The position numbers were made by a program, and so were the translations under genes. From the IMG/VR virus record IMGVR_UViG_3300032226_000613, positions 1 to 41,319 of that record: a stretch of 41,319 bases of DNA; one strand, 5' to 3'. Shown here in pieces: positions 33,177 to 41,319 of the stretch (position 1 is the stretch's first letter; every line of letters starts with the position of its first letter). The notes beneath the pieces were generated by a model. The model ran no database searches, had not been told where the DNA came from, and saw only the letters and a list, made by a program, of their open reading frames with translations. This DNA comes from a virus (lineage: Duplodnaviria; Caudoviricetes).

Positions 33177-34427
33177 ATGAGCTGGTCCAGGTTTTTGCAG
33201 GATGCGAGCTTTAAGGGCGTGGCCTTCGAAGTGATGTCTGTGAGTCGGTCGGGGCAGCGGGCGATTGCGACGAACGAGTATCCGTACCTCAACGGCGCAG
33301 ACCTGGAGGACATTGGCCTGCGTGCCCGGCGCATCACGCTCAAGGTCGTGGTCTACGGCGAGTACTACGAAGCGCAGTTGGCCACCTTGGTAGAGGCCTT
33401 GGAGTCTGATGGCGCTGGTGAGCTGGTGCATCCGGTGCACGGCAGGTTGCGAGCGATGGCCGAGTCATGGACCGACGAGCACGAAGCGGAATTGGTGGAC
33501 GGCGCGGTGCTGAACGTCACTTTCGTAGAGGACACGACAAGGGCCGGGGCACTGTTTGTGGCACCTACGGCGGATGTTGAGGCAATTACCACCCAGGCAG
33601 CAGTGGCGCGCGCAGCAGCCGATGACGCACTGGTGCGCCGGGTGCAGGCGGTGAACACGCCGCCGTCGCGGCTGGCGTTCTTGAAAGACGCTTTTAACCA
33701 GGCCAAGGCGCTGCTTAAAAAGTTCAGCGACACCTCGGCGCTGCGTGCGGTGCTAAGCGACCTGGACCCGTTGATTTACCCCCGCGCTTATGCGGCTGAC
33801 CTGGTGGCGGTGGTGGACCGCGCGCTGCAGGGCTTGCCGTTTGGTGGACGCAACCTGCTGTACGACAGTGCCGCCGGGGCTGATGAGACTGCAGGTAGCG
33901 GTGCCAAGGACATGGACCTGGCTTCGACGCTGCTGGACCCTGCTGCGATGGGGGTGAAGGCGGGCGCTAAGGACGAGGCCGTAATGGCTGATGCGGCTGC
34001 GGTGCAGGCGCATTTGCGTGTTTATGCGGCGTGCGCTATTGCCGAGTGCGCAGCGATTGTGCTGACTGGCGAGAAAGATGAAGCATTGCTGGCGCGGACA
34101 GAGATTGAGCAGCTGGCTAACGGGGTGCGAACAGATTTGCAGGTGGCGCTTGATGCGGCGCGGGATGCTTTGGACGCGGAGGGCCGAGGCCAGACGGCAA
34201 GCGCTTTGCAGGCGCTGGCCTTTGCGGTGCAAGGGGCGGCGCTGGCGGTGATCAACCAACAGCCGCCGCTGGTGAGCCGCGCCAGCCCGGTGGCCGGGCC
34301 GCTGCGCCTGGTGGCGCATGCGCTCTATGGCGACGCAAGCCGCGCTGGCGAGATTGCCCGGCTGAACCGGCTGGGCCGCAATGCGCTGGTGGATAACGGC
34401 GAGGTGCTGAATGTCTACGCAGCTTGA
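33177..34427 (+). CDS. DNA circularization protein (Mu gpN)
   Basis: MSW...LQDASFKGV.F, EYPY..G...EDIG, GELVHPVHG, A..LYGD.SRA.EI.RLN. Confidence 0.9.
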   Translation: MSWSRFLQDASFKGVAFEVMSVSRSGQRAIATNEYPYLNGADLEDIGLRARRITLKVVVYGEYYEAQLATLVEALESDGAGELVHPVHGRLRAMAESWTDEHEAELVDGAVLNVTFVEDTTRAGALFVAPTADVEAITTQAAVARAAADDALVRRVQAVNTPPSRLAFLKDAFNQAKALLKKFSDTSALRAVLSDLDPLIYPRAYAADLVAVVDRALQGLPFGGRNLLYDSAAGADETAGSGAKDMDLASTLLDPAAMGVKAGAKDEAVMADAAAVQAHLRVYAACAIAECAAIVLTGEKDEALLARTEIEQLANGVRTDLQVALDAARDALDAEGRGQTASALQALAFAVQGAALAVINQQPPLVSRASPVAGPLRLVAHALYGDASRAGEIARLNRLGRNALVDNGEVLNVYAA

Positions 34428-35535
34428 CGCGGTGGAGGTGCGAATAGGTGACCTGGTGCACACCGGGTGGACGGCGTATGAGATTGACAGCGACTTGATG
34501 ACGCCAGCGGACGCCTGGCATGTGCGCCTGGCGCAGCCTGGCATGGTGGTGCCGCCCGAGGTAGTGCCTGGCGCGACTGTGGCGGTGCGGGTAGGCGGCG
34601 AGCTGGTGCTGAGCGGTTGGCTGGACGAGCGCACGCTGACAGTGGCTACAGGCCGCCATGAACTGACCTTGACAGGCCGCGATGGTGCGGGGCGGCTGCT
34701 GGATTGCTCTAGCCCGCTGGTGGGGGTGCAGCGTGTGTCTATTGACCAAGTGCTGGCCAAAGTGCTTGCGCCGCTGGGCATACCGGCCAGCCGTGTATTT
34801 ATTGATGCCGCCAGCAAGGGCGCGCTGCGTGAAAAAGTGATGGTAGAGCCAGGCGACACTGCTTGGGACACGCTGCGCCGGGTGGCCGAGGCCAACGGGC
34901 TGTGGCCTTGGTTTGAGCCCAACGGCACGCTCGTGGTAGGTGGGCCGCGCTATGACGTGCCGCCGGTGGCGAAGCTGGTGCTGCGCAGCGATGGCCAGGG
35001 CAACAATGTGCTGTCGCTAAGCGAAAAGCGCTCAATGGTGGGGCGCTACAGCGATGTGACGGTGTACGGTCAAAGCCCGGCGATTGGCAGTGGCGCGGGC
35101 GAGAGCGACCCGCGCCACGCCATCAAGGCGACAAAGCAGGACAGCGGCGTGCCGGTGTACAGACCAAAGATTGTGGTGGACCACGAAGCGATCAACACGA
35201 CGATTGCACGCGCGCGTGGGAGCAAGATCATCAGCGATAGCCGGGTGCGCAGCTATACGCTGACAGCCACCGTGGCCGGCCACCGCACGGCGGACGGCAC
35301 GCTGTGGACGCCAGGCCAGAGGGTACAGGTGCAGAGCGAGCCGCACGGCGTTGATGCCACGTATTTTGTGATGGCGCGACGCCTGACGGGCGACAAGAGC
35401 ACCGGCCAACGCACGGCCTTGACGCTAAAAGAAGACCGTGTGTGGGTGCTGGACGCACACCCAAGCACGCGCAAGCACCGGCGCGGTAAGAACGGGATGA
35501 CAGGGCGGATTGTTGATGTGGGAGCTGGTCAATGA
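34411..35535 (+). CDS. Baseplate hub (Mu gpP/gp44)
   Basis: W..YEIDSD...PADAW, L.GRD.AG.LLDCS, EPGDTAW, LWTPGQRV. Confidence 0.9.
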   Translation: MSTQLDAVEVRIGDLVHTGWTAYEIDSDLMTPADAWHVRLAQPGMVVPPEVVPGATVAVRVGGELVLSGWLDERTLTVATGRHELTLTGRDGAGRLLDCSSPLVGVQRVSIDQVLAKVLAPLGIPASRVFIDAASKGALREKVMVEPGDTAWDTLRRVAEANGLWPWFEPNGTLVVGGPRYDVPPVAKLVLRSDGQGNNVLSLSEKRSMVGRYSDVTVYGQSPAIGSGAGESDPRHAIKATKQDSGVPVYRPKIVVDHEAINTTIARARGSKIISDSRVRSYTLTATVAGHRTADGTLWTPGQRVQVQSEPHGVDATYFVMARRLTGDKSTGQRTALTLKEDRVWVLDAHPSTRKHRRGKNGMTGRIVDVGAGQ

Positions 35536-36080
35536 TGGAGCAGATCAGGCGTGAGATTGGTCGTGCGCTGGCAGGGGTGCGCGGGGCGTTTCGGGCGGGG
35601 CAGATCGGCATGCAGATCGCCACGCGTATTCAGCGCATGGAGGCTGAGGGCCTAGCTGGCGAGGCGTTGAGCGACGTGGAGCTGGTGCAGCAATTTGGCT
35701 TTACCTCGGCACCGCCCGATGGCTCGCTTTTGATTGTGCTGCCGCTGGGGGGGCGAACCAGTGCGAGTGTGGTGGTGGCCACGGAGCATGGCGCTTACCG
35801 CTTTCGTGTGGACAACCAGGGCGAGTCGGCACTGTACAGCCAGTGGGGCGATGTGGTTCACCTGCGCAAAGACCGGAGCATTCGCGTGGCGGCTGCGCTC
35901 AAGGTGGTGATTGATTCGCCGCTGGCCGAGTTTGCGGGAGATGTGGCCGTGGTCGGCAACCTGACGGCGCAGGGCACCGTGACGGGCGTGGTGGATGTGG
36001 TGGGCGGCGGCAAGTCGCTTAAAACGCACCCGCAAGATGGGGTGCAGCCGGGCAGTGGCACATCGGGAGGCCCTGTTTAA
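35532..36080 (+). CDS. Baseplate central spike (Mu gp45)
   Basis: EGLAGE...VELVQQFGFTSAPP.G, GE.ALY.QWG. Confidence 0.9.
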   Translation: MMEQIRREIGRALAGVRGAFRAGQIGMQIATRIQRMEAEGLAGEALSDVELVQQFGFTSAPPDGSLLIVLPLGGRTSASVVVATEHGAYRFRVDNQGESALYSQWGDVVHLRKDRSIRVAAALKVVIDSPLAEFAGDVAVVGNLTAQGTVTGVVDVVGGGKSLKTHPQDGVQPGSGTSGGPV

Positions 36081-36475
36081 TGGACGCGCTGATTGACCCA
36101 GCGACCGGCGCCTATGTCGCAGATGCAGCGCGCATTGGCGAGCTGGCGCGTGACCCGGCCAACGGCTTGCTCAATGCCGCTTACCTGCGCTTGATGGTGC
36201 CGCTGGGCAGCTGGTTTGCAGACCCAAGCTTGGGCTCGCGCTTGCACGAGCTGGCGCGTGCAAAGGACCTGGACCGCGTGGAGCTGCTGGCCAGGCAGTA
36301 CGCCACGGAGGCGTTGCAGCCTCTCATCACCGCAGGCCGCGCACGGAGTGTGAATGTGACTACCGAGCGCCAGGGTCTGGTGGGCGGTGCTACGACGCGC
36401 TTGGCGTTGATGGTGGAGCTGGTGGACGCAAGGGGCGTGGCCAGCGCGTTTGCCATGCATGTCAAGGTGATATGA
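36080..36475 (+). CDS. Baseplate protein (Mu gp46)
   Basis: GSWFADPSLGSRLHEL.R.K...ARQYA.EALQPL...GRA. Confidence 0.88.
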   Translation: MDALIDPATGAYVADAARIGELARDPANGLLNAAYLRLMVPLGSWFADPSLGSRLHELARAKDLDRVELLARQYATEALQPLITAGRARSVNVTTERQGLVGGATTRLALMVELVDARGVASAFAMHVKVI

Positions 36476-36497
36476 CGCGAGTTTATGGAGGCTAAAA

Positions 36498-37565
36498 ATG
36501 TCTTTTGCAGTGCCAAGCTTTGAAGCGATTCGCAACCAGTATTTGCAGGCGGTGGCGAACCAGGTGCCGACGGCGGCGATTGGGCCGGACAGCGACCACT
36601 TTGTGCGGGCCAGTGCTATTGCTGCGGTGATGGAGAGCTATTACGCGCACCAGGCTTGGGTGTTTCGCCAAGCCTTCCCCGACCTGGCCGACGGCGATTA
36701 CATGGAGAAGATGGCCTTGCAACGCGGCCTGACGCGCAAGGCGGCTGCGGCGGCGACGGGCACGGTGCGCTTTGCCGGCACGGTGGGCACCACGTTGCCG
36801 CTTGGCCAGGTGCTGGCCACGGCACAAGGCGTGGCCTTTGCCACCACGGCGGCCGGGGTGGTGGGTGCGGGTGGCACAGTTGATGTGGCGGCACAAGCGC
36901 AGGTCGCCGGGGCGGCGGGTACGCAGACGGCCAATACCCAGGCAACAGTGACTTCGCCGCCCGAAGGCATTACCAGTGCAGCCACTATTCTGGCAATGAC
37001 TGGTGGGGCTGATATTGAGAGCGACGAAAGTTTGTTGGGGCGGCTGCTTTTGCAGATGAGCGAGCTGGCCCAGGGCGGCAATTCGGTCGACTATGAGAGC
37101 TGGGCGGTGAGCGTGGCCGGCGTGGACCGGGCTTATGTGTTCCCGGTGCGGCGCGGCGTCGGCACTGTTGATGTGGTGCCCATGCCGACCACTGGCTTGC
37201 CAGATACTGCGTTGCTGGCTAGCGTGCAGGCAGTGCTTGATGCCAAGCGCCCGGTGGGCATGCTGCCGACTTACGGCGTGATGGCGCTAGCGCCCACTGC
37301 TGTGCCTGTTGCTGTGACTGCCGTATTGGCGCTTTCGGGCACGACGTTGAGCGCCATTTCCAGCGCGGCTCAATCTGCAATTGCAGAGGTGTTCGATGGC
37401 TTGGCACCTGGCGGCACACTTGTGCGCAATCAACTCATTTCCGCTTTGTTGTCGCTTGACGGCGTGACCGACGTCACGCTGTCTGCACCAGCGGCTAACG
37501 TGGGATGCTCAGTCAGCTCCACCGCGCTGGAGATGATCACCCTCGGCACTGTCTCCCTCACTTAA
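36498..37565 (+). CDS. Baseplate J-like wedge protein (Mu gp47)
   Basis: RGLTRKAA..ATG, GGADIESD, GGN..DY..WA..V.GV.RAYV.P.RRG.GTVDV. Confidence 0.92.
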   Translation: MSFAVPSFEAIRNQYLQAVANQVPTAAIGPDSDHFVRASAIAAVMESYYAHQAWVFRQAFPDLADGDYMEKMALQRGLTRKAAAAATGTVRFAGTVGTTLPLGQVLATAQGVAFATTAAGVVGAGGTVDVAAQAQVAGAAGTQTANTQATVTSPPEGITSAATILAMTGGADIESDESLLGRLLLQMSELAQGGNSVDYESWAVSVAGVDRAYVFPVRRGVGTVDVVPMPTTGLPDTALLASVQAVLDAKRPVGMLPTYGVMALAPTAVPVAVTAVLALSGTTLSAISSAAQSAIAEVFDGLAPGGTLVRNQLISALLSLDGVTDVTLSAPAANVGCSVSSTALEMITLGTVSLT

Positions 37566-37567
37566 AA

Positions 37568-38143
37568 ATGGACACCCGCGACGCATTACTGGCCTGCCTG
37601 CCGGCATCCGCCTACGACACCTCGGCCGCCACCGTGGTGGCCGAGGTGTCGAGTGCGGGCTTGGTCATTGACCGCGCGCTGGGCGGCGCCGGTGCGGTGT
37701 TGATTGAGCAGCAGCCTGACTTGGCCGCTGCCGCACTCGGTGACTGGGAGCGGAATTACGGTTTGCCAGATGATTGCGCGATGGCGGGTGGGGCGGCCTC
37801 AGAAGCTGAGCGTCGTGCCGACTTGTTAGAGCGCATTCCTGGGTTGGGCAATTTGTCACGGCAATACTTTATCGCGCAGGCAACGCGCCTAGGCTACGTC
37901 GGCTGCACTGTCACAGAGTACGGGCCGATGACGGCTGAGGAAGCTTGCGACAGCTCGGTAAATGGGGATGAGTTCATCGGCGTTTGGTCGCTCAACGTTC
38001 CAGGCGCAGTGACTGTAACCCAGATGAATTGCGAGTCAACGTGCGACAGCGCTTTGAGCGCGTGGGGTGATGAGCAGCTGGGCTGCTTGATCAATCGGCG
38101 CAAGCCTGCTCACAGCGTTGCGCTTCTTGCGTACTTAAATTAA
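37568..38143 (+). CDS. Baseplate protein (Mu gp48, DUF2313)
   Basis: L.DWER.YGLPD.C, YFI..A..LGY, C.I.R.KPAHS. Confidence 0.88.
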   Translation: MDTRDALLACLPASAYDTSAATVVAEVSSAGLVIDRALGGAGAVLIEQQPDLAAAALGDWERNYGLPDDCAMAGGAASEAERRADLLERIPGLGNLSRQYFIAQATRLGYVGCTVTEYGPMTAEEACDSSVNGDEFIGVWSLNVPGAVTVTQMNCESTCDSALSAWGDEQLGCLINRRKPAHSVALLAYLN

Positions 38144-38158
38144 TTTTTTGGGAGGTAT

Positions 38159-39721
38159 ATGAACTTTATCCAGACGGTCAACAAAGCGTTAGATCTATTC
38201 GGTTTGGGCAAGCACGGCTTCAGCGCAGGCAGCCCGGCGAGCGGGGTGTTGGCGACTAAGCTAAGCGCGGACTGGTGCAATGGGGTGCAACAAGAACTGA
38301 TCAATGTGATTGAGGCTGGGGGGTTAACGCCTAACAGCGAATCGCTTAACCAAGTTGCTACTGCCATACAGTCGGGCAAGCTGTTTTCTGCGCAAGCGGC
38401 GGGCACGGCGGATGCCATTACTGCGACTTACTCGCCGGGCATTACGGCGCTCAAAGATGGCATGGTGCTCTACGTGCGCGGCGCATCTGCCAACGCGACG
38501 ACCACGCCCACTTTTACACCCGCAAGCGGCACGATTGAGCCAAAGACGATCGTTAAAGGCGCAGGCTCGGCGCTCGCAGCGGGAGATATTGTGGGGGCCG
38601 GGCACTGGCTTGAGCTGGTGTATGACTTGGCGTTGGACAAGTGGCTGTTGAGTAACCCTCTGGGCCCTGGCATAACTGATGCTGCGGTAGGTGGGGTGAT
38701 GCCTTTGACCTTGGACGGTGTGGACGGCGGGGATACGATTCAGCGCAAAACAATAAAGCTTGCTGCAACACAGCTTGATTTTGTAGTGCCAATTGCTCGG
38801 GGCTCTTTTGCGCCGACGGACTACCTGGAATATGGGTCTGTAGCGCGGGTCTATGTGCCCGCGCTGGAGATTGATATAGACCTTATACATGCTGAAGGCG
38901 GCGCGTACCCCGAAGGCCAGCTAAGGATGCTGGTGCTTTCGGTGCTGAATGAGGGAGTCGTGCGCTTGGCTTTGCTTAATGCCAAATATTTTGAGCAGCA
39001 CCCATATTTAGACCACGCTGTGTATCGAGTCGATTCGGTGGCCAGTTTGCCAGACGGTCATGACTGGGATCACACTTTGCCTGTGTGGGCCGGGCCGACA
39101 ACAAGTTCCTCTGCTAGCCTGCCTTGCAGGATTGTTGGGTACTTTGAGGTTGCGTACCCGAACCCGCCTACGATTTATTGGGGTTTGGCACAAATTTGGC
39201 GGCGGGGGACTATTGAGTTTGACGCAAAAATGGCGGCGCTCGCTGCTTCAAGTGAGGCGGGGAGTGGCGTGATACCGGCTGGCAAAGTAGATTTTTTTGC
39301 AACGATTACTGCGCCAAGCGGGTACCTAAAAGCTAACGGAGCCGCAGTTTCGCGAACGACGTATTCAGCGCTTTTTGCTGCGATCGGGACCATGTTTGGG
39401 GACGGCGATGGGTCTACTACGTTTGATCTGCCCGATTTGCGCGGGGAGTTTGTGCGTGGCTGGGATGACGGGCGCGCGGTTGATATTGGCCGTGTGGTCG
39501 GTACACAGCAGCTTGACGCGATGCAAGGGCACATACATGGCCTGCTTACAAACGGTGGACAAGGCAGTTCCAACAGCGCGCAAAATCTGCCTTCCAGCAC
39601 TGGCGCGCTGAACAGCTGCAAGACCGGCGGCCCGGAGAGTGACGGCACAAACGGGAGCCCCCGTATCGCGGCCGAAACCCGGCCGCGTAATGTTGCGTTA
39701 TTGGCGTGCATCAAGTATTGA
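38159..39721 (+). CDS. Tail fibre with C-terminal tail-collar domain
   Basis: N-terminal GF..G.P..G..AT.LSADW.N.VQ.EL; collar APSGYLKANGAAVSRTTY..LFAAIGT...PDLRGEFVRGWD; RPRNVALLACIKY. Confidence 0.92.
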   Translation: MNFIQTVNKALDLFGLGKHGFSAGSPASGVLATKLSADWCNGVQQELINVIEAGGLTPNSESLNQVATAIQSGKLFSAQAAGTADAITATYSPGITALKDGMVLYVRGASANATTTPTFTPASGTIEPKTIVKGAGSALAAGDIVGAGHWLELVYDLALDKWLLSNPLGPGITDAAVGGVMPLTLDGVDGGDTIQRKTIKLAATQLDFVVPIARGSFAPTDYLEYGSVARVYVPALEIDIDLIHAEGGAYPEGQLRMLVLSVLNEGVVRLALLNAKYFEQHPYLDHAVYRVDSVASLPDGHDWDHTLPVWAGPTTSSSASLPCRIVGYFEVAYPNPPTIYWGLAQIWRRGTIEFDAKMAALAASSEAGSGVIPAGKVDFFATITAPSGYLKANGAAVSRTTYSALFAAIGTMFGDGDGSTTFDLPDLRGEFVRGWDDGRAVDIGRVVGTQQLDAMQGHIHGLLTNGGQGSSNSAQNLPSSTGALNSCKTGGPESDGTNGSPRIAAETRPRNVALLACIKY

Positions 39722-39742
39722 CCTGATTTGCCAAAAAAAACA

Positions 39743-39845
39743 GGGCGAGGGCTTGCGGTGCGCTAACACCTCAAGCCCCCGCCTCCGCCGTGAGTGAGCA
39801 CGGCATTGACCGATGGCCCTGCCACCTGTACAGGCGATGGCCATT
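39743..39845 (+). promoter_or_regulatory. Three-hairpin structured leader upstream of com
   Basis: Stems at 39743-39784 (loop CGCTAA), 39787-39804 and 39813-39844. Confidence 0.5.
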
Positions 39846-39860
39846 ATCGGAGATGCCGAA

Positions 39861-40058
39861 ATGGATAAAGTGAGTGACATAAGGTGTGGCCAGTGCCAGC
39901 GCAAGCTTTGCGTAGGCATCTACATCAGCTTAGACATCAAGTGCCCGCGCTGCGGAGCCCTTAATTTACTGAGAGCCAGCGCCGCTGATCACAGCAGCCC
40001 GAGCCCCACCCTAGAGCGCCCTGAGCGTCATCAAAAACGGACCCGTGATGACAGCTAA
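39861..40058 (+). CDS. com: Mu Com-like zinc-finger translational regulator
   Basis: IRCGQCQRKL...IKCPRCGALN; GGAG RBS; overlaps the methyltransferase start. Confidence 0.88.
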   Translation: MDKVSDIRCGQCQRKLCVGIYISLDIKCPRCGALNLLRASAADHSSPSPTLERPERHQKRTRDDS

Positions 40059-40860
40059 AAAGGAGCCTAATGCGCTCATTAAAAATTCGATTGATGCGGC
40101 TGCACCGATGGTGCAGTGGGTGGGCGGCAAGCGGCGCCTTGCGCCACACATACTGCCGCTGTTTCCCGACCATAGTTGCTACGCGGAGCCTTTCGCCGGG
40201 GCTGCTGCGCTGTTTTTTCTCAAAGATCCGGTTAAGGTCGAGGTGCTCAACGACGTCAACGGTGACCTAGTCACTTTGTACCGTGTTGTGCAGCACCACC
40301 TTGAAGAGTTTGTGAGGCACTTCAAGTGGGCGCTGGCAAGCCGCGAAATCTACAAGTGGCTACAGATGACGCCGGTCGAAACATTGACCGACATTCAGCG
40401 CGCCGCACGCTTCTTCTACCTTCAAAAGCTGGGCTTCGGTGGCAAGGTGCACGGCCAGAGCTTTGGCACTGCAACGACCTCAAAACCTGCTCTTAATCTT
40501 TTGCGGCTTGAGGAGCAGCTTTCAGCCGTTCATTTGCGGCTGCACCAGGTGTTTACAGAGCGACTGGGCTGGGCTGATTGCCTTGTCAAATATGACCGGC
40601 CACACAGCCTGTTTTACATGGACCCGCCCTATTGGGGCACCGAGGGTTACGGGGTGGACTTCGGCCTCGATCAGTACGACCGGATGGCCGCGCTGATGGG
40701 GTCGATGGCTGGCAAGGCCGTGGTCAGCGTTAACGACATCCCGGAGATGCGTCAGGCGTTCAAAGGGCACCAGATTAGGCGTGTAAGCATCCGCTACTCG
40801 GTCGGTGCATCGGGCCGAGGGCGCGAGCCCAAAGGCGAGCTGATTGTCTGCAACTTTTGA
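40045..40860 (+). CDS. Dam-family (D12 class) N6-adenine DNA methyltransferase in the mom position
   Basis: WVGGKRRLA, EPFAGAA, ND.NGDL, catalytic DPPY. Confidence 0.93.
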   Translation: MMTAKKEPNALIKNSIDAAAPMVQWVGGKRRLAPHILPLFPDHSCYAEPFAGAAALFFLKDPVKVEVLNDVNGDLVTLYRVVQHHLEEFVRHFKWALASREIYKWLQMTPVETLTDIQRAARFFYLQKLGFGGKVHGQSFGTATTSKPALNLLRLEEQLSAVHLRLHQVFTERLGWADCLVKYDRPHSLFYMDPPYWGTEGYGVDFGLDQYDRMAALMGSMAGKAVVSVNDIPEMRQAFKGHQIRRVSIRYSVGASGRGREPKGELIVCNF

Positions 40861-40930
40861 TGTTTAGCCCCTTAGCGGCTTCAAACCTTGAGTTGAGGCC
40901 GAAGCCTTGGCCCAGCGTTAAAAGTGGCTC

Positions 40931-40957
40931 AAAAGCCGTTTTAACGGGTCTTTTTTT
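40931..40957 (+). terminator. Possible intrinsic terminator ending late transcription
   Basis: CCGTT-TT-AACGG followed by T7. Confidence 0.4.
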
Positions 40958-40994
40958 CGTTTCACAGTCAAAGTTTGAATGATTTTGACCTTTT

Positions 40995-41076
40995 GGACGC
41001 GTCCTGCTGAATCGGACGCGAAAACCTAAATTCAATTCCACGCGTCCGCAAGTTCAATTCCACGCGTCCGCTTACA
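40995..41076. repeat. Right end: tandem transposase-binding sites and terminal CA
   Basis: TTCAATTCCACGCGTCCGC at 41031-41049 and 41053-41071 (22-bp period) then TTACA; extra GGACGCG cores at 40995 and 41014. Confidence 0.88.
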
Positions 41077-41319
41077 ACAGACTCGGACATCATCGCGGGC
41101 ATGCGCTGGGCTGCGGGCTTGAGCAGCGATGTAGGGGGCGCAAACACCGTCATCAACCAGTACCCCGCCAAGGTCATCAACTTCAGCCTAGGCAGCGCCA
41201 CTACGTGCAGCCAGGCTTACATAGATGTATTGCAAGAGCTCACGGCTGCCAGCGTGACGGTGGTGGTGGCTGCGGGAAACGAGGCCGGGCTGCGCACCGA
41301 TTCACCAGCCAATTGCCCC
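41077..41319 (+). pseudogene. Internal fragment of a host S8 subtilisin-like serine protease interrupted by the prophage
   Basis: Open frame TDSDIIAGMRWAAG...PAKVINFSLG...VVVAAGN...PANCP with no start codon. Confidence 0.85.

Larger units (their letters stand above)
1..41076. mobile_element. Mu-like (B3/BcepMu-type) transposable prophage with a contractile tail, essentially complete
   Basis: Contains DDE transposase, MuB-like ATPase, gemA, mor and Mu-type head, tail and baseplate genes in canonical order. Bases 1-18 match the inverted right-end sites. Host CDS resumes at 41077. Confidence 0.96.

Noticed and set aside
38159-40860. Diversity-generating retroelement or invertible G segment
   Set aside because: No reverse transcriptase, template repeat, invertase or second fibre copy.

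Overview
The window is an essentially complete, about 41.1-kb Mu-like (B3/BcepMu-type layout) transposable myoprophage, probably from a Betaproteobacterium (inference). The right end is at ...TTACA (41076), preceded by two tandem 19-bp transposase-site repeats. The window starts about 5 nt inside the left end. The 243 bp after the right end encode an internal fragment of a host S8 (subtilisin-like) protease that the phage interrupted. The leftward early operon runs: Ner/Cro-like, Bro-N, DDE transposase, MuB-like ATPase, accessory genes, DUF3164, DUF2786, DUF5131, gemA, mor. A divergent CI-like repressor follows, then rightward lysis, head, contractile tail, tail fibre, com and Dam-family methyltransferase genes. 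The most unusual elements are: (1) a MuF protein with a C-terminal BECR-like RNase domain followed not by an immunity ORF but by an 85-nt four-way-junction RNA; (2) a three-gene accessory fibre/depolymerase-like module (1084-aa protein) inside the lysis cassette; (3) a +15-charged peptide between endolysin and holin with no visible spanins; (4) an antisense double-HTH gene between terL and portal, overlaid by a sense ORF that exactly bridges the gap; (5) two matching Mor-type, apparently leaderless late promoters; (6) a repeated SF(A/G)(D/E) motif in protease, scaffold and portal; (7) a gene flanked by exact 20-bp junction repeats. All family names come from recognising motifs by eye, not from database searches.
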